A stretch of DNA of 64,000 bases from Flavobacteriales bacterium (GTDB taxonomy: Bacteria; Bacteroidota; Bacteroidia; Flavobacteriales_F; PHOS-HE28). This document shows positions 9,234 through 19,121 of the stretch, piece after piece. The stretch spans positions 16,300 to 80,299 of the forward strand of contig DAORNP010000001.1 of assembly GCA_035441065.1 (NCBI GenBank). The letters are read 5' to 3'. How positions within the stretch are numbered: position 1 is the stretch's first letter; every line of letters starts with the position of its first letter. Position numbers and translations under genes: made by a program. The notes under the pieces are model-generated. The model ran no database searches, was not told the origin of the DNA, and saw nothing but the letters and a program-made list of their open reading frames with translations.

Positions 9234-9860
9234 TCAAAGGGCCCGGATCAGCGAATCCAATTCGCGCCGGAATCCATCCAGTGCGGGCCGCATGGTGCTC
9301 CTATCCACGGGCAGTCCCTCATGGCGATGCCGGATGATGCCATCAGGACCCACGATCAGGGTCACCGGGAAACCGTCGGCGCCGAAGAGCTTCTCCAATG
9401 TGCCGCATTGCACGCCAAGCTCGCCAGGCTTCTTGAAGCGCTTGGTGGAGCACATCGGCAGCACATCATAGCGCGGTATGATGCCACCCATGGCGTTGCG
9501 CACCTGTGCAATGGAGGCATCGCTCTCGGTTGAGTAGAAGTCCTCGAGCTCGTCCGGTGTATGCGGCGCCATGGAGATGATCCGGAAACGCCTGTCGCGG
9601 ATCGAATCCAGCAGCGCATCATAGGCAGGCATCTCCAGCATGCAAGCACCGCAGCCAATTCGCCAAAAGCTCACGAGGGTGACCTTGTCCTTGAACAGCG
9701 CATTGCTCCATGTTTCGCCCCGAAGGGAGTTGCCGCTGAATTCAGGGAAGGAGTGTCCCACCGATGCTGCCTGACGCGAACGCTCTGCTTTTCGCTTTCC
9801 TGAATGGGTTCCAAGCAGCAAGAGCCCGATGGGTAGTGCCAGTAGGATGGTCCAACGCAT
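9234..9860 (-). CDS. Secreted thioredoxin-fold thiol-disulfide oxidoreductase (TlpA/ResA-like).
   Basis: Signal peptide MRWTILLALPIGLLLLG. VSFWRIGCGAC CxxC motif in a thioredoxin-like context. Confidence 0.55.
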   Translation of the reverse strand: MRWTILLALPIGLLLLGTHSGKRKAERSRQAASVGHSFPEFSGNSLRGETWSNALFKDKVTLVSFWRIGCGACMLEMPAYDALLDSIRDRRFRIISMAPHTPDELEDFYSTESDASIAQVRNAMGGIIPRYDVLPMCSTKRFKKPGELGVQCGTLEKLFGADGFPVTLIVGPDGIIRHRHEGLPVDRSTMRPALDGFRRELDSLIRAL

Positions 9861-9927
9861 GGTGGATGAATGAGCCGAAGTCTAAAGCGGCCGCCTCGGA
9901 TACCTTCGCCGCCTCTTTCCAGAACGA

Positions 9928-11442
9928 ATGACACATGTCCTTTCCGATCAGGAGCTCATCCGCCGCGAGGCGCTCCAGAAGCTCCGCGCCCTTGGCATCG
10001 AGCCCTTCCCCGCCGCCGAATTCAATGTGACCGCCACTGCGCAGGAGGTGAAGGGGCTTTTCAAGGAGGAAGGCGGTCCGAATCGCGTCACGCTCGCCGG
10101 GCGCATCATGAGCGTGCGCCTCATGGGCAAGGCCAGCTTCGCCGTGCTGCGCGACCATACCGGTGACCAGCAGATCTACATCGCCCGCGACAGCATCTGT
10201 CCCGGCGACGATAAGCGGCTCTACGATGAGGCCTGGAAGCACCTGCTGCACTTGGGCGACTTCATCGGTGTGGAGGGCTTCGTGTTCAAGACGCGCACTG
10301 GGGAGATCACCGTTCATGTGGAGAAGCTCACCATGCTCGGCAAGGCCCTGCGCCCGCTGCCCGTGGTGAAGACCGATGAGGAAGGCAAGGTGCACGATGC
10401 CTTCACCGACCCCGAGCTGCGCTACCGCATGCGCTACGTGGACCTGATCGTGAATCCGCAGGTGAAGGAGACCTTCCTCAAGCGCTCGCGGATCGTGAGC
10501 GCGATGCGCGCATTCATGACCGAGGCAGGCTATCACGAGGTGGAGACGCCCGTGCTGCAGCCCATCCCCGGCGGGGCAGCGGCGCGTCCCTTCATCACGC
10601 ACCACAACGCGTTGGACATTCCGCTCTATCTGCGCATCGCCAACGAACTCTACCTCAAGCGCCTCATCGTGGGCGGCTTCGATGGCGTGTTCGAGTTTAG
10701 CCGCAACTTCCGCAACGAGGGCATGGACCGCACGCACAACCCGGAGTTCACCATCATGGAGCTGTACGTGGCCTATAAGGACTACCGCTGGATGATGGAC
10801 TTCATGGAGCGCATGCTCGAACGCGTGTGCATCGCGGCGAATGGCACTTCATCCGCAGCCTTCACCACGAACACGATCCAATTCACGGCGCCCTTCAAGC
10901 GCATCACCATGTGTGGCAGCATCCAGGAGAAGACCGGTGCCGATGTGCTGGAGATGGATGAGGCCGCGTTGCGCTCACTTTGCGCGAAGCACCACATCCA
11001 CGTGGAGCCCACGATGGGCAAGGGCAAGCTCATCGACGAGCTGTTCAGCGCGCTGGTGCAGCCGGAGTTGATCCAGCCCACCTTCGTCACCGACTTCCCG
11101 GTGGAGATGAGCCCGCTGTGCAAGAAGCACCGCGACGATGAGCGCCTCACCGAGCGCTTCGAGCTCTTCGTGAACGGCTTCGAGCTGGCCAATGCTTACA
11201 GCGAGCTGAACGACCCCATTGATCAGCGTGAGCGCTTCGAGGAGCAGCTGAAGCTGCAAGCGCGCGGCGACGACGAGGCCATGTTCATCGACCAGGATTT
11301 CCTGCGCGCGCTGGAGTACGGCATGCCGCCGACCAGCGGCGTGGGAATCGGCTTGGATCGTCTGGTGATGCTGCTCACCAATAACCCGGCGATCCAGGAG
11401 GTGCTGTTCTTCCCGCAGATGCGGCCGGAGAGGGTGGATTAA
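9928..11442 (+). CDS. lysS: Lysine--tRNA ligase (class II).
   Basis: 504 aa; anticodon-binding OB N-terminus and class II motifs (FRNEGMDRTHNPEFTIMELY, GLGIDRLVMLLT). Confidence 0.95.
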   Translation: MTHVLSDQELIRREALQKLRALGIEPFPAAEFNVTATAQEVKGLFKEEGGPNRVTLAGRIMSVRLMGKASFAVLRDHTGDQQIYIARDSICPGDDKRLYDEAWKHLLHLGDFIGVEGFVFKTRTGEITVHVEKLTMLGKALRPLPVVKTDEEGKVHDAFTDPELRYRMRYVDLIVNPQVKETFLKRSRIVSAMRAFMTEAGYHEVETPVLQPIPGGAAARPFITHHNALDIPLYLRIANELYLKRLIVGGFDGVFEFSRNFRNEGMDRTHNPEFTIMELYVAYKDYRWMMDFMERMLERVCIAANGTSSAAFTTNTIQFTAPFKRITMCGSIQEKTGADVLEMDEAALRSLCAKHHIHVEPTMGKGKLIDELFSALVQPELIQPTFVTDFPVEMSPLCKKHRDDERLTERFELFVNGFELANAYSELNDPIDQRERFEEQLKLQARGDDEAMFIDQDFLRALEYGMPPTSGVGIGLDRLVMLLTNNPAIQEVLFFPQMRPERVD

Positions 11443-11807
11443 GGAAGTCGCTTCACCCGCGAGATCACATCGCCCACCTGTAGTTCCCACACCACATCCA
11501 TACCGCTCAGCACCTCACCAAAGCGCGTGTAACGGCCATCGAGATGCGGCGCAGCACTATGCGTGATGAAGAACTGGCAGCTCTCCGTATCGGGGCCTGC
11601 GGAAGCAAGTCCTACTGAACCTGCGGTGAACAGTTTGCGACCAATCTCTGTGCGCAAGGTCCACGGCATGCCGCCGTAGCCATCGCCGCGCGGGCAGCCG
11701 CCCTGAACCACGAAGTTGGGCACCATGCGGTGGAAGGCCTTGCCATCGTAATAGCCTGCGGTCACCAACGAATCGAACGCGAGGCTGCTGCCCGGGCAGT
11801 CGTTCAC
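11439..11807 (-). CDS. Cyclophilin-type peptidyl-prolyl cis-trans isomerase; the annotated ORF lacks the conserved N-terminus (see findings).
   Basis: FHRMVPNFVVQGGCPRGDGYGG and SAGPDTESCQFFITHSAAPHLDGRYTRFGEV cyclophilin motifs. Confidence 0.7.
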   Translation of the reverse strand: MNDCPGSSLAFDSLVTAGYYDGKAFHRMVPNFVVQGGCPRGDGYGGMPWTLRTEIGRKLFTAGSVGLASAGPDTESCQFFITHSAAPHLDGRYTRFGEVLSGMDVVWELQVGDVISRVKRLP

Positions 11808-13273
11808 ATCGGTGGCGATGATGATATCGCCCTTGCCGGTGATGATGCGGTAGCGCTGGCCCTGCTCCAGCGCGCGGAGCTTCTCCTTGTTGATGGGGTG
11901 ATTGAAGGATGGGCGCTCATGCGCTGGAGAGGAAGGCCATCGCGTTTGGCCGTTGCTTGCCGAAGCAAGAGGAGTGCTTCGAGGTCTTGTATGGGCTGAA
12001 GCGTGGCGAGCGCTCGCTGCTCTAGTCCAACCGGAAGGAGAATGCGGATGGCGTCGGCTTCTTCCTCCTGGAGCAACTCTGCAACGGCGCAGATGAGTCC
12101 GGCATCACCCGTTGTGATTGCAGAAGCGACCACCTCGCTCAGCTGAGCGTATTGCGCCTCGCGCGACGCGAAACGGGAGCGCATCATGTTCTCGCGAATG
12201 ACGCGGACCATGCCTTGAAATGCGGCGTGACGAAGAGCTGGGTGCTCGTTTGATTGCAGAATCGCCCGGAGGTCATCGAACTCTTCTGCGTCTGCCGCGA
12301 AGCTGAGCGCTTCAAGAAGCGAGCTCATGCGATAGGGGTCGTCGGTGACTGGCCCGATGCGGTTGAGCGCCTTGCGGCTTGTTATCGACGATTCGAGCGG
12401 ACCATGCTTACGTGCCAGCCCGAGCATGCCGATGCGAACGAGCGTGTCGGTGCTTGATCCGGCCATTCGCACGCACAGTTCTGCATCGACGAAAGACTGC
12501 GCCTTGATTGCGTCCAGTGCTGTCATTCGGATTCCTGGAGTTGAGCTTTTCAGCGCTTCGAGGAGTTCGAATGATGGCGTGTCAACGCGCTTCGCCAAAG
12601 CCCTGATCGCCGCAATGCGGACACTAGCGCTCTTGTCGGAGGCAGTCCATTTCCGAAGTGAATCGAGTGAGGCCGGGAGCGAACCGCGGCGCAACGACTG
12701 CACGAGGAATGCGCGCACCTCCGGATCAGCTTCGACATGCGTCGCGTGCAGCACACCATGCTCCAAATCAGCGAGTGCCGATTTGCTGCGCGCCAGCTTC
12801 TGCGCCGCCAGCAGGCGGATAACGGCATCATCGTTCTCCAAGAAGCCGATGAGCCACAGGGCATCGTGCTCCTGCGCATTGAGCTCGGCGCGGAAAGCAG
12901 CATGCAGCACCACGATACGTGCGGCGCTGTCTGCTTCAGCCTCGAGCGCGGCATTCAGCGCGCGGACCACAACGGTGTCCGCAACCCAGGTCAATGCGAA
13001 GGCCGATGCCGCGCGCACCTCGGCGACATCATCGCGCAAGGCTCCCAGCAAACAGGGCACGCCGAGCGAATCCTGCACACTCGAGAAGGCCAGCGCCGCA
13101 GCTTCACGCACAACGGGATTGGCATCCTTCAGCAGATCACAGAGCTTCTTCGTGTCGCGGTGCTCTTGTGCTTCCAGAACCGGCCAAAGCCTTTCATCGG
13201 CCCAACGGCTGGTTGCTTCGCGTTGCGGCGCATGGCAGGCCGCGATGAGAAGCAGGAAAAGGAACTTGCGCAT
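11804..13273 (-). CDS. HEAT/PBS-lyase repeat lipoprotein.
   Basis: Lipobox MRKFLFLLLIAAC. Repeated ...VR.AAA.AL... HEAT-like units throughout. Confidence 0.65.
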   Translation of the reverse strand: MRKFLFLLLIAACHAPQREATSRWADERLWPVLEAQEHRDTKKLCDLLKDANPVVREAAALAFSSVQDSLGVPCLLGALRDDVAEVRAASAFALTWVADTVVVRALNAALEAEADSAARIVVLHAAFRAELNAQEHDALWLIGFLENDDAVIRLLAAQKLARSKSALADLEHGVLHATHVEADPEVRAFLVQSLRRGSLPASLDSLRKWTASDKSASVRIAAIRALAKRVDTPSFELLEALKSSTPGIRMTALDAIKAQSFVDAELCVRMAGSSTDTLVRIGMLGLARKHGPLESSITSRKALNRIGPVTDDPYRMSSLLEALSFAADAEEFDDLRAILQSNEHPALRHAAFQGMVRVIRENMMRSRFASREAQYAQLSEVVASAITTGDAGLICAVAELLQEEEADAIRILLPVGLEQRALATLQPIQDLEALLLLRQATAKRDGLPLQRMSAHPSITPSTRRSSARWSRASATASSPARAISSSPPM

Positions 13274-13279
13274 GCGCGC

Positions 13280-13576
13280 TCAGCTCGCGATGCTCTCGGC
13301 GGAGACGATATCGGCCGGAGTGATGGGGATTACTTGCGCAGGTGAGCCCTGCGAGAGCCGCTCGTAATCGCGCACACTGGCGAAGAAGAGGCGCTTGGTG
13401 CCATCCGCCCCAGCGGTTTCACTTGTCTCCACTTCCCAGACCACGCCATAGACCTCCTTGCCGCCGCGCAGCTTGAAGCGGCAGTGCTGGTGCGCGTACT
13501 TCTTCAGATTGGCGATTTCCATGGCGTTGGCGACAGCGGAAAAGTAGGCGAGTGCGGTGCCGGGGCGCCGGATCAT
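13280..13576 (-). CDS. Hypothetical small protein.
   Basis: 98-aa ORF conserved in both arms; no recognisable motif. Confidence 0.3.
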   Translation of the reverse strand: MIRRPGTALAYFSAVANAMEIANLKKYAHQHCRFKLRGGKEVYGVVWEVETSETAGADGTKRLFFASVRDYERLSQGSPAQVIPITPADIVSAESIAS

Positions 13577-13625
13577 TTTTCAACAGCGCGGACCAACCTG
13601 TGGAAAAACGGAGAGCGCCGATGCG

Positions 13626-14663
13626 CTATTGCGCTGGGGCAACGATGCCCATATTGCTGAAGCGCAGCGAGAAGATCAATGCTTCAAGCTCGCGCACGTA
13701 AGGGCGCTTGTCGAACTGCGGCGCATACGCGAATCCTTCAACCGTAACGATGGTACCACCGCTGGGATCGAGCGTGCTCAGGCTCACGAAGGGTCCGCCC
13801 ATCTTGGCGCCGTGCATGCCATAGAGGCCGCTCATGAGATAGGCGAATCGGCCATCGAGCTGCACTGCGCGACCAATGGGCATCAGGTCAAGCTGCTCGA
13901 ATGATCGGCGAACCACCATGTATGATCCGGGATCTGGGCCATCGACGCGGTTCCTGGTGGCGGCATCACGAAGGTCAACCAGGTAGGGCACCGTCCACGC
14001 GCTGCTGCTGATGTAAGGGTGCCGATGGATGAGCACGCCCTCGATCACGTTGTGCTCCAATCCACCGCCGGCCACGATGCGGTCGCGCTGGAGCCAGGTG
14101 ATCACGGAGTCCTGCTTCATCAGGCGATAGCCGCCGGGCACATCGAGCTCGATGCCGAGCGAAGCGTGCAAACTGCTCGCGAGCGCCGCATCCCTCTCGC
14201 GCTTCAGGCGTGCACCGATGCGCGCGCGATGGTGGTCGCTGAAGGCATTGATGGCCTCATCGGCATTGGCATCCCACAGGGCGTTCCATGCTTCAGGCGT
14301 GCTGGCCCCGACCCGCACCACCAATTGGCCGCGTGCGTGCTGATCGCGCAGCAAGCGGAAACCGGAGCTGTCCTCTCCGAACGCGGCGTAAAGAACGCTG
14401 TGATGGCTCTGCAGCATCGAAGCGAAATCCTCCGGGCGGCATTGCGCTACGCGGAAGAGCGCCTCCTGCTGCGGTAGTCCTTGCATGGGCTGTTCGAGAA
14501 TCGCGCGCACATGAGCGCCGGGCTCACTCTCCCAATGCCCCTTGCTCATCACCACGAGCACCTCATCGGGCCCACCTGCGCTATCGGGCAATCGTTTGCG
14601 CGCATCGTCGCAACCGGTCACGATTACCAGCGACAGCAGAATGAATAGTGCGTGGCGCATCAT
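13626..14663 (-). CDS. Lipoprotein of unknown function (possibly a Bacteroidota DUF-type).
   Basis: Lipobox MMRHALFILLSLVIVTGC; 345 aa. Confidence 0.4.
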   Translation of the reverse strand: MMRHALFILLSLVIVTGCDDARKRLPDSAGGPDEVLVVMSKGHWESEPGAHVRAILEQPMQGLPQQEALFRVAQCRPEDFASMLQSHHSVLYAAFGEDSSGFRLLRDQHARGQLVVRVGASTPEAWNALWDANADEAINAFSDHHRARIGARLKRERDAALASSLHASLGIELDVPGGYRLMKQDSVITWLQRDRIVAGGGLEHNVIEGVLIHRHPYISSSAWTVPYLVDLRDAATRNRVDGPDPGSYMVVRRSFEQLDLMPIGRAVQLDGRFAYLMSGLYGMHGAKMGGPFVSLSTLDPSGGTIVTVEGFAYAPQFDKRPYVRELEALIFSLRFSNMGIVAPAQ

Positions 14664-16126
14664 CCTTTCGGTGCGCTCACGCGGATGCGCGAACCCGGCT
14701 TCAGTCCGTTGGGCAGTCCATCGTTCATCCGGCGCAGGTCATCGACGCTCACGCCGGGGTACCGTTGCGCGATGCTCCAGAGCGTATCGCCGGGCTGCAC
14801 CATGTGATAGCCGCTGGCATCCGAGTGCGGCGCGGCTTGAGCGGTGCGCTCCGTAGCGGAAGTGCTGCGCTTCAGGAGCAGTTTCTGACCCGGCCTGATC
14901 ATGTCGTTGCGCAGGCCGTTCAGCTGGCGGAGCTGCTGCACGCTCATGCCATAGCGCTTCGCGATGCTTCCGAGCGATTCACCCTTGCGCACGGTGTGGT
15001 GCCGTTCGGCGTGCCGCTCAGTGGCGGGAGTGGGGCGATCGACAGCAACAGGCGGCTTGGTCCCGGGATTCGCAGCGTAGTAGCTGTAGCGCAGCACGTC
15101 CTCGTTGCTGATGAAGATGGGAACGGCATCCTTCGGCAGATAGACGGTGATGGGCTGATCCACATCGGGCACCACACCAAGCTTCAGCATCGGATTCAGT
15201 TCGCGCAGTTCTTGCACGGTGCCGCCGCTGAGCACTGCGATCGCAGCGAGATCGAGCGGGAAGCACACCTGCACGGTATCCACCTCGTAGGCGCAATACG
15301 TGGGCGCGATGGGGTAGAGGTTGTGGTCAGCATGGTGCGCGAACAGGTAATTCACCGCGATGAAGGCAGGCACATAGCCGCGTGTCTCGCGCGGCAGGTA
15401 GTCGTAGATCTTCCAGTAATCCTTCACCCCGCCTGCGCGGCGGATGGCTTTGTTCACATTGCCGGGGCCGCAGTTGTAGGCGGCCATCGCGAGCTCCCAA
15501 TTCCCGTAAAGCTTGTACAGGTAGTTGAGGTAACGGCAGGCCGCCTCGGTGCTCTTGTACACATCGTGCCGCTCATCGATGTAACTATCGGCCTTCAAGC
15601 CATAGAGCTTGCCGGTGGGCAGCATGAATTGCCACAGGCCCACGGCTCCAGCGCGCGATCGCGCACTCGGATTGAGCGCGCTTTCGATCACCGCCAGGTA
15701 CTTCATTTCCAACGGGATGCGGTGACGGTCCAGGTGCTGCTCGAAGGTGGGGAAGTAGAGCTCCGCGAGGCCGAGCATGCGCGAGCTCATTTCGCGTTTG
15801 CGCACCACGTACAGGTCGATGTACGACTGCACTACGCGGTTGTAAACGAGTTCGAACGGGGTATTGGCATCCAGAACGGCCAGGCGGTGGCGCATATCAG
15901 CTTCCGTCCATGCGGGCACGTGATCGGCTGCGAAGCCGTGCACGTTGTGGTGGGCCGTATCGGTGGTGAATGGCGAATGCTTGATCCAATGCAGGTTGGC
16001 CAGGTCATCGAGCCTTGCCATGATGGGGTCGTCGGCCGGAAGGGCCAAAGGGCCAGGATCGTTCTGCGCGAGTGCGGCCGAAGGCAGCAGCAATGCGAAA
16101 GCGAGGTGGCGAAGCGTGAAAGGCAT
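14660..16126 (-). CDS. Membrane-bound lytic murein transglycosylase (MltD-like) with two C-terminal LysM domains.
   Basis: SLT catalytic region ...VIESALNPSARSRAGAVGLWQFMLPTG...AAYNCGPGNV. LysM units HTVRKGESLGSIAKRYGMSVQQLRQLN and HMVQPGDTLWSIAQRY. Confidence 0.8.
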   Translation of the reverse strand: MPFTLRHLAFALLLPSAALAQNDPGPLALPADDPIMARLDDLANLHWIKHSPFTTDTAHHNVHGFAADHVPAWTEADMRHRLAVLDANTPFELVYNRVVQSYIDLYVVRKREMSSRMLGLAELYFPTFEQHLDRHRIPLEMKYLAVIESALNPSARSRAGAVGLWQFMLPTGKLYGLKADSYIDERHDVYKSTEAACRYLNYLYKLYGNWELAMAAYNCGPGNVNKAIRRAGGVKDYWKIYDYLPRETRGYVPAFIAVNYLFAHHADHNLYPIAPTYCAYEVDTVQVCFPLDLAAIAVLSGGTVQELRELNPMLKLGVVPDVDQPITVYLPKDAVPIFISNEDVLRYSYYAANPGTKPPVAVDRPTPATERHAERHHTVRKGESLGSIAKRYGMSVQQLRQLNGLRNDMIRPGQKLLLKRSTSATERTAQAAPHSDASGYHMVQPGDTLWSIAQRYPGVSVDDLRRMNDGLPNGLKPGSRIRVSAPKG

Positions 16127-16203
16127 GGTGCCGAAGGTATCTGTAAGACGCAGGAAGGCTCGCCATCGTATGCGAGCGGTTCGTTCACAACAAGGTGTGG
16201 ACG

Positions 16204-17613
16204 TTACGCCCCGAACAACGACTTGGCCGCCGCCAGCAAGCGCGCTTCATCGAAGGGCTTCGCCATGAGCTGCAATCCGAAGGGCAGTCCATTGCTGTGC
16301 TTGCCGGTGGGCAGGCTGATGGCTGGCGCGCCTACCAGATTGGCCTGAACGGTGAAGATGTCCTGCAGGTACATGGCCACGGGATCGGTGATCTCGCCGG
16401 GCGCGAATGCAGTGCTGGGGCAGGTGGGGCCGATGAGCAGGTCGTAGTGCCCGAAGGCCTCTAGTGTGCGATCGCGCAGGATGCGGCGCACACGCTGGGC
16501 CTTGGCGTAGTAGGCATCGTAGTAGCCAGAGCTCAAGACGAATGTGCCGAGCAGGATGCGCCGTTTCACCTCCGGGCCGAAGCCCTCGCTGCGGCTGAGG
16601 CGATAGGTCTCTTCAACGCCCTTGGCGACTGCGCTGCGATGCCCGAAGTGAATGCCATCGAAGCGCGCGAGGTTGCTGCTGGCCTCAGCGGTTGCCAGGA
16701 TGTAATAGGTGGGCACTTGATGATCGAGCAGCGGCACTTCGACCGGCTCAACCGTGTGGCCTTCGTGGCGCAGGCGATCGATCTGTGCCTGCAAGTGAGC
16801 CACCACTTCAGGGTCCATGCCCTCGCGCTCCACCCCTTCGCGGAAGTAGCCGATGCGCAACTTGCCTGGATCGCCGAGCACGATGGTTTCATTCGGCTTG
16901 CGGCTGGTGGTGCTGTCGTGCGGATCGCTGCCAGCGATGGCGCTGTAAACGGCGGTAGTGTCGTCCACATCGTGCGCGAAGGGGCCGATCTGATCGAAGC
17001 TGCTGGCGAAGGCGATGAGGCCGTAGCGGCTCACGCGGCCATAAGTGGGCTTGAAGCCGACCGTGCCCGTGAACGATGCGGGTTGCCGGATGCTGCCGCC
17101 GGTATCGCTGCCCAAGGCCACATGCACGAGGCCCGCTGCAACGCTGGCTGCCGCGCCGCCGCTGCTTCCGCCGGGAACCTTGGTGGTGTCCACCGGATTC
17201 TTCACGAGGCCGTACGCGCTGTTCTCGTTGCTGCTGCCCATGGCGAATTCGTCGCAATTGGTGCGACCGATGATCACGGCATCGGCGGCGAGCAGGCGCT
17301 CCACCACGGTGGCGCTATAGAGCGAGGTGAAGCCTTCGAGGATTCGTGAGCTGGCACCTACGCGGTGGTCCTTGTAGCAGATGTTGTCCTTAATGCTCAC
17401 GAGCATACCCGCAAGCGCACCGGCATTACCCGCCTCCAGCTTCGCATCCACCTCGTCGGCCTTCGCCAAGGCGCTCTCCGGGAATAGCTCCAAGAAGGCG
17501 TTGAGGTCCTTGTGGCGCTCAGCTTCGGCTATTGCGGCTTCGACCAATTGCCGGACGGTGGTGCCTGCGGCAATGGCTTTCCGGGCCTCGGTAAAGGTCT
17601 TCGGGATGCTCAC
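16204..17613 (-). CDS. gatA: Glu-tRNA(Gln)/Asp-tRNA(Asn) amidotransferase subunit A.
   Basis: Amidase signature GGSSGGAAASVAAG...GSDTGGSIRQPA. The ORF extends to 17655 but the GTG at 17611..17613 (VSIPKTF) avoids overlap with tatA. Confidence 0.9.
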   Translation of the reverse strand: MSIPKTFTEARKAIAAGTTVRQLVEAAIAEAERHKDLNAFLELFPESALAKADEVDAKLEAGNAGALAGMLVSIKDNICYKDHRVGASSRILEGFTSLYSATVVERLLAADAVIIGRTNCDEFAMGSSNENSAYGLVKNPVDTTKVPGGSSGGAAASVAAGLVHVALGSDTGGSIRQPASFTGTVGFKPTYGRVSRYGLIAFASSFDQIGPFAHDVDDTTAVYSAIAGSDPHDSTTSRKPNETIVLGDPGKLRIGYFREGVEREGMDPEVVAHLQAQIDRLRHEGHTVEPVEVPLLDHQVPTYYILATAEASSNLARFDGIHFGHRSAVAKGVEETYRLSRSEGFGPEVKRRILLGTFVLSSGYYDAYYAKAQRVRRILRDRTLEAFGHYDLLIGPTCPSTAFAPGEITDPVAMYLQDIFTVQANLVGAPAISLPTGKHSNGLPFGLQLMAKPFDEARLLAAAKSLFGA

Positions 17614-17623
17614 GACGGCCGGG

Positions 17624-17818
17624 CTACTTCGCGTCGTCCTTCTTCTCGCCCTCAACGCCGTCCTTGGCGTTCTTGAATTCTTTCATGCCCTGGCCCAGGC
17701 CGCGCATGAGTTCGGGGATCTTCTTTCCACCGAAGAGAAGGAGGAGCACCACCACGATAAGGACGATCTGCCACGGGCCGATCATGCCCAGCAGGATGGA
17801 TAACGGGAAGAGGCTCAT
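17624..17818 (-). CDS. tatA: Twin-arginine translocase subunit TatA/E.
   Basis: 64 aa: N-terminal TM helix, then GGKKIPELMRGLGQGMKEFKNA amphipathic helix. Confidence 0.8.
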   Translation of the reverse strand: MSLFPLSILLGMIGPWQIVLIVVVLLLLFGGKKIPELMRGLGQGMKEFKNAKDGVEGEKKDDAK

Positions 17819-17882
17819 GGATGTGCGGTTGAAGCGCGTCTGCGAATGGCAGGCAGGGCCAAAAGTAGCCGTTTCGGGCGGC

Positions 17883-19121
17883 CTAATCGCGATAGAGCCA
17901 CAGCGCAGGGTCCACGTTCACCAGGCCGTCGGCGGTGATGCGCCAGACCTCGATATGGGCCACTGCGCCATCGTCGCCGGTGAGCACCGTGCCGATGGCC
18001 TGCTTGGTGCTCAGCTTGTCGCCTTTGGCCACGCTCACGCTGGCCAGATTGCTGTACACCGTGCGGTACGCGCCATGACTCACGATCACGGCCTTGCCGG
18101 CGCCCGGAAGAACGATCACGCTGGTGACTTCACCGCGGAATAAGGCACGCACGCCGGCCCCTTTCTCGGTGGTGATGTCGATGCCGTTGTTGTCGATAAC
18201 GATGCCCTTGAGGACAGGATGCGGCTGCTTCCCATAGCGGCCGGTTATGACGCCTTTCTCCACGGGCCAGGGGAGCTTGCCCTTGTTCTTCTCGAAATCG
18301 TTGCTCAGTTCACGGGCCTCGGGCGTGAGGGTGATGTCCAGCTTGGCGGGCTTGCCGCTGGCATCCTTCGCTCCGGCCTTGGGCTTCACGGCATCCTCAA
18401 TCGCTTTGCGGATGGCGGCCTCCAGCTCGCGGCGCTGGTTCTCCTGTTTCTTCTGCGTTTCGCGCAAGCGGCTCTCCTCCTTGCGCAGGCCATTGAGCGC
18501 CTGCTGCTGACCTGCCCGGTCGGTGTCGAGCCTCCGCTTCTCCTGCACCTGCTCGCTCAGGAGCACGGCCTTCTCCTGTCGTTGTTCTTTCAGAGCAGAC
18601 ACGCGTTCATCCAAGGAAGCCTGCGTCTCGGAGATGAGCACCGCTTGCCTTCGGCGCTGTGCGGCCAATTGGTTGATGTACCGGCTGCGGCGGAAGGCCT
18701 GCTGGAAGCTGCTGCTGGCGAAGAGGTAGCTGAGACGGTCGTAGGCGCTACGGTTGCGATAGGCGGCGGCGATCATGCGCGCATATCCCTCTTTCAGGGA
18801 GACCAGGTCCGCTTTCAGGGCGGCAATAGCTTCCTCATCGGCGCGGATGCGGTCATCGGCAACGCGCACCTCGTTGTCCATGGCGCGGATCAGCTGCGCG
18901 CGCGCGGCGATCTGGCTCTCGAGCAATTGCAGTTGTTCCTGTGTGACGCGCTGCTCCTTGCGTGCCTGATCGATCAGCGCGGTGGTCGTGCGGATCTGCT
19001 TGTCCAGCGCGTCGCGGCGCTTCTCCAGCTCTTTCTTCGACTGTCCCCAAGCGAGCGCCGTTGCCAGCAGCAGCGGCAGCAGCGCGAACAGGCGCAGCGG
19101 ACGGTCAAGGCATCGGTTCAT
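17883..19121 (-). CDS. M23 family peptidase / murein hydrolase activator (EnvC-like coiled coil + LytM domain).
   Basis: Long Q/R/E-rich coiled coil, then C-terminal LytM region ...GIDITTEKGAGVRALFRGEVTSV...VIVSHGAYRTVYSNL. Confidence 0.75.
   Translation of the reverse strand: MNRCLDRPLRLFALLPLLLATALAWGQSKKELEKRRDALDKQIRTTTALIDQARKEQRVTQEQLQLLESQIAARAQLIRAMDNEVRVADDRIRADEEAIAALKADLVSLKEGYARMIAAAYRNRSAYDRLSYLFASSSFQQAFRRSRYINQLAAQRRRQAVLISETQASLDERVSALKEQRQEKAVLLSEQVQEKRRLDTDRAGQQQALNGLRKEESRLRETQKKQENQRRELEAAIRKAIEDAVKPKAGAKDASGKPAKLDITLTPEARELSNDFEKNKGKLPWPVEKGVITGRYGKQPHPVLKGIVIDNNGIDITTEKGAGVRALFRGEVTSVIVLPGAGKAVIVSHGAYRTVYSNLASVSVAKGDKLSTKQAIGTVLTGDDGAVAHIEVWRITADGLVNVDPALWLYRD

Noticed and set aside
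14648-16348. Long antisense or overlapping ORFs in the six-frame track, e.g. 14648..16348(+) 566 aa, 20526..21734(+) 402 aa, 21272..22786(+) 504 aa, 4063..4851(-) 262 aa, 5415..6170(-) 251 aa, 9742..10737(-) 331 aa, and their mirror copies.
   Set aside because: They lie opposite or inside well-supported genes (mltD, TPR, nucleotidyltransferase, trhO, hmgA, lysS). They are Ala/Arg/Gly/His-rich, typical of high-GC antisense frames, and show no recognisable domains. Stop-codon depletion explains them.
17613-17655. 32-nt overlap between the gatA ORF and tatA.
   Set aside because: It is resolved by a GTG start (VSIPKTF) for gatA at 17611..17613, so there is no real overlap. A lone tatA without tatB/tatC nearby is common.
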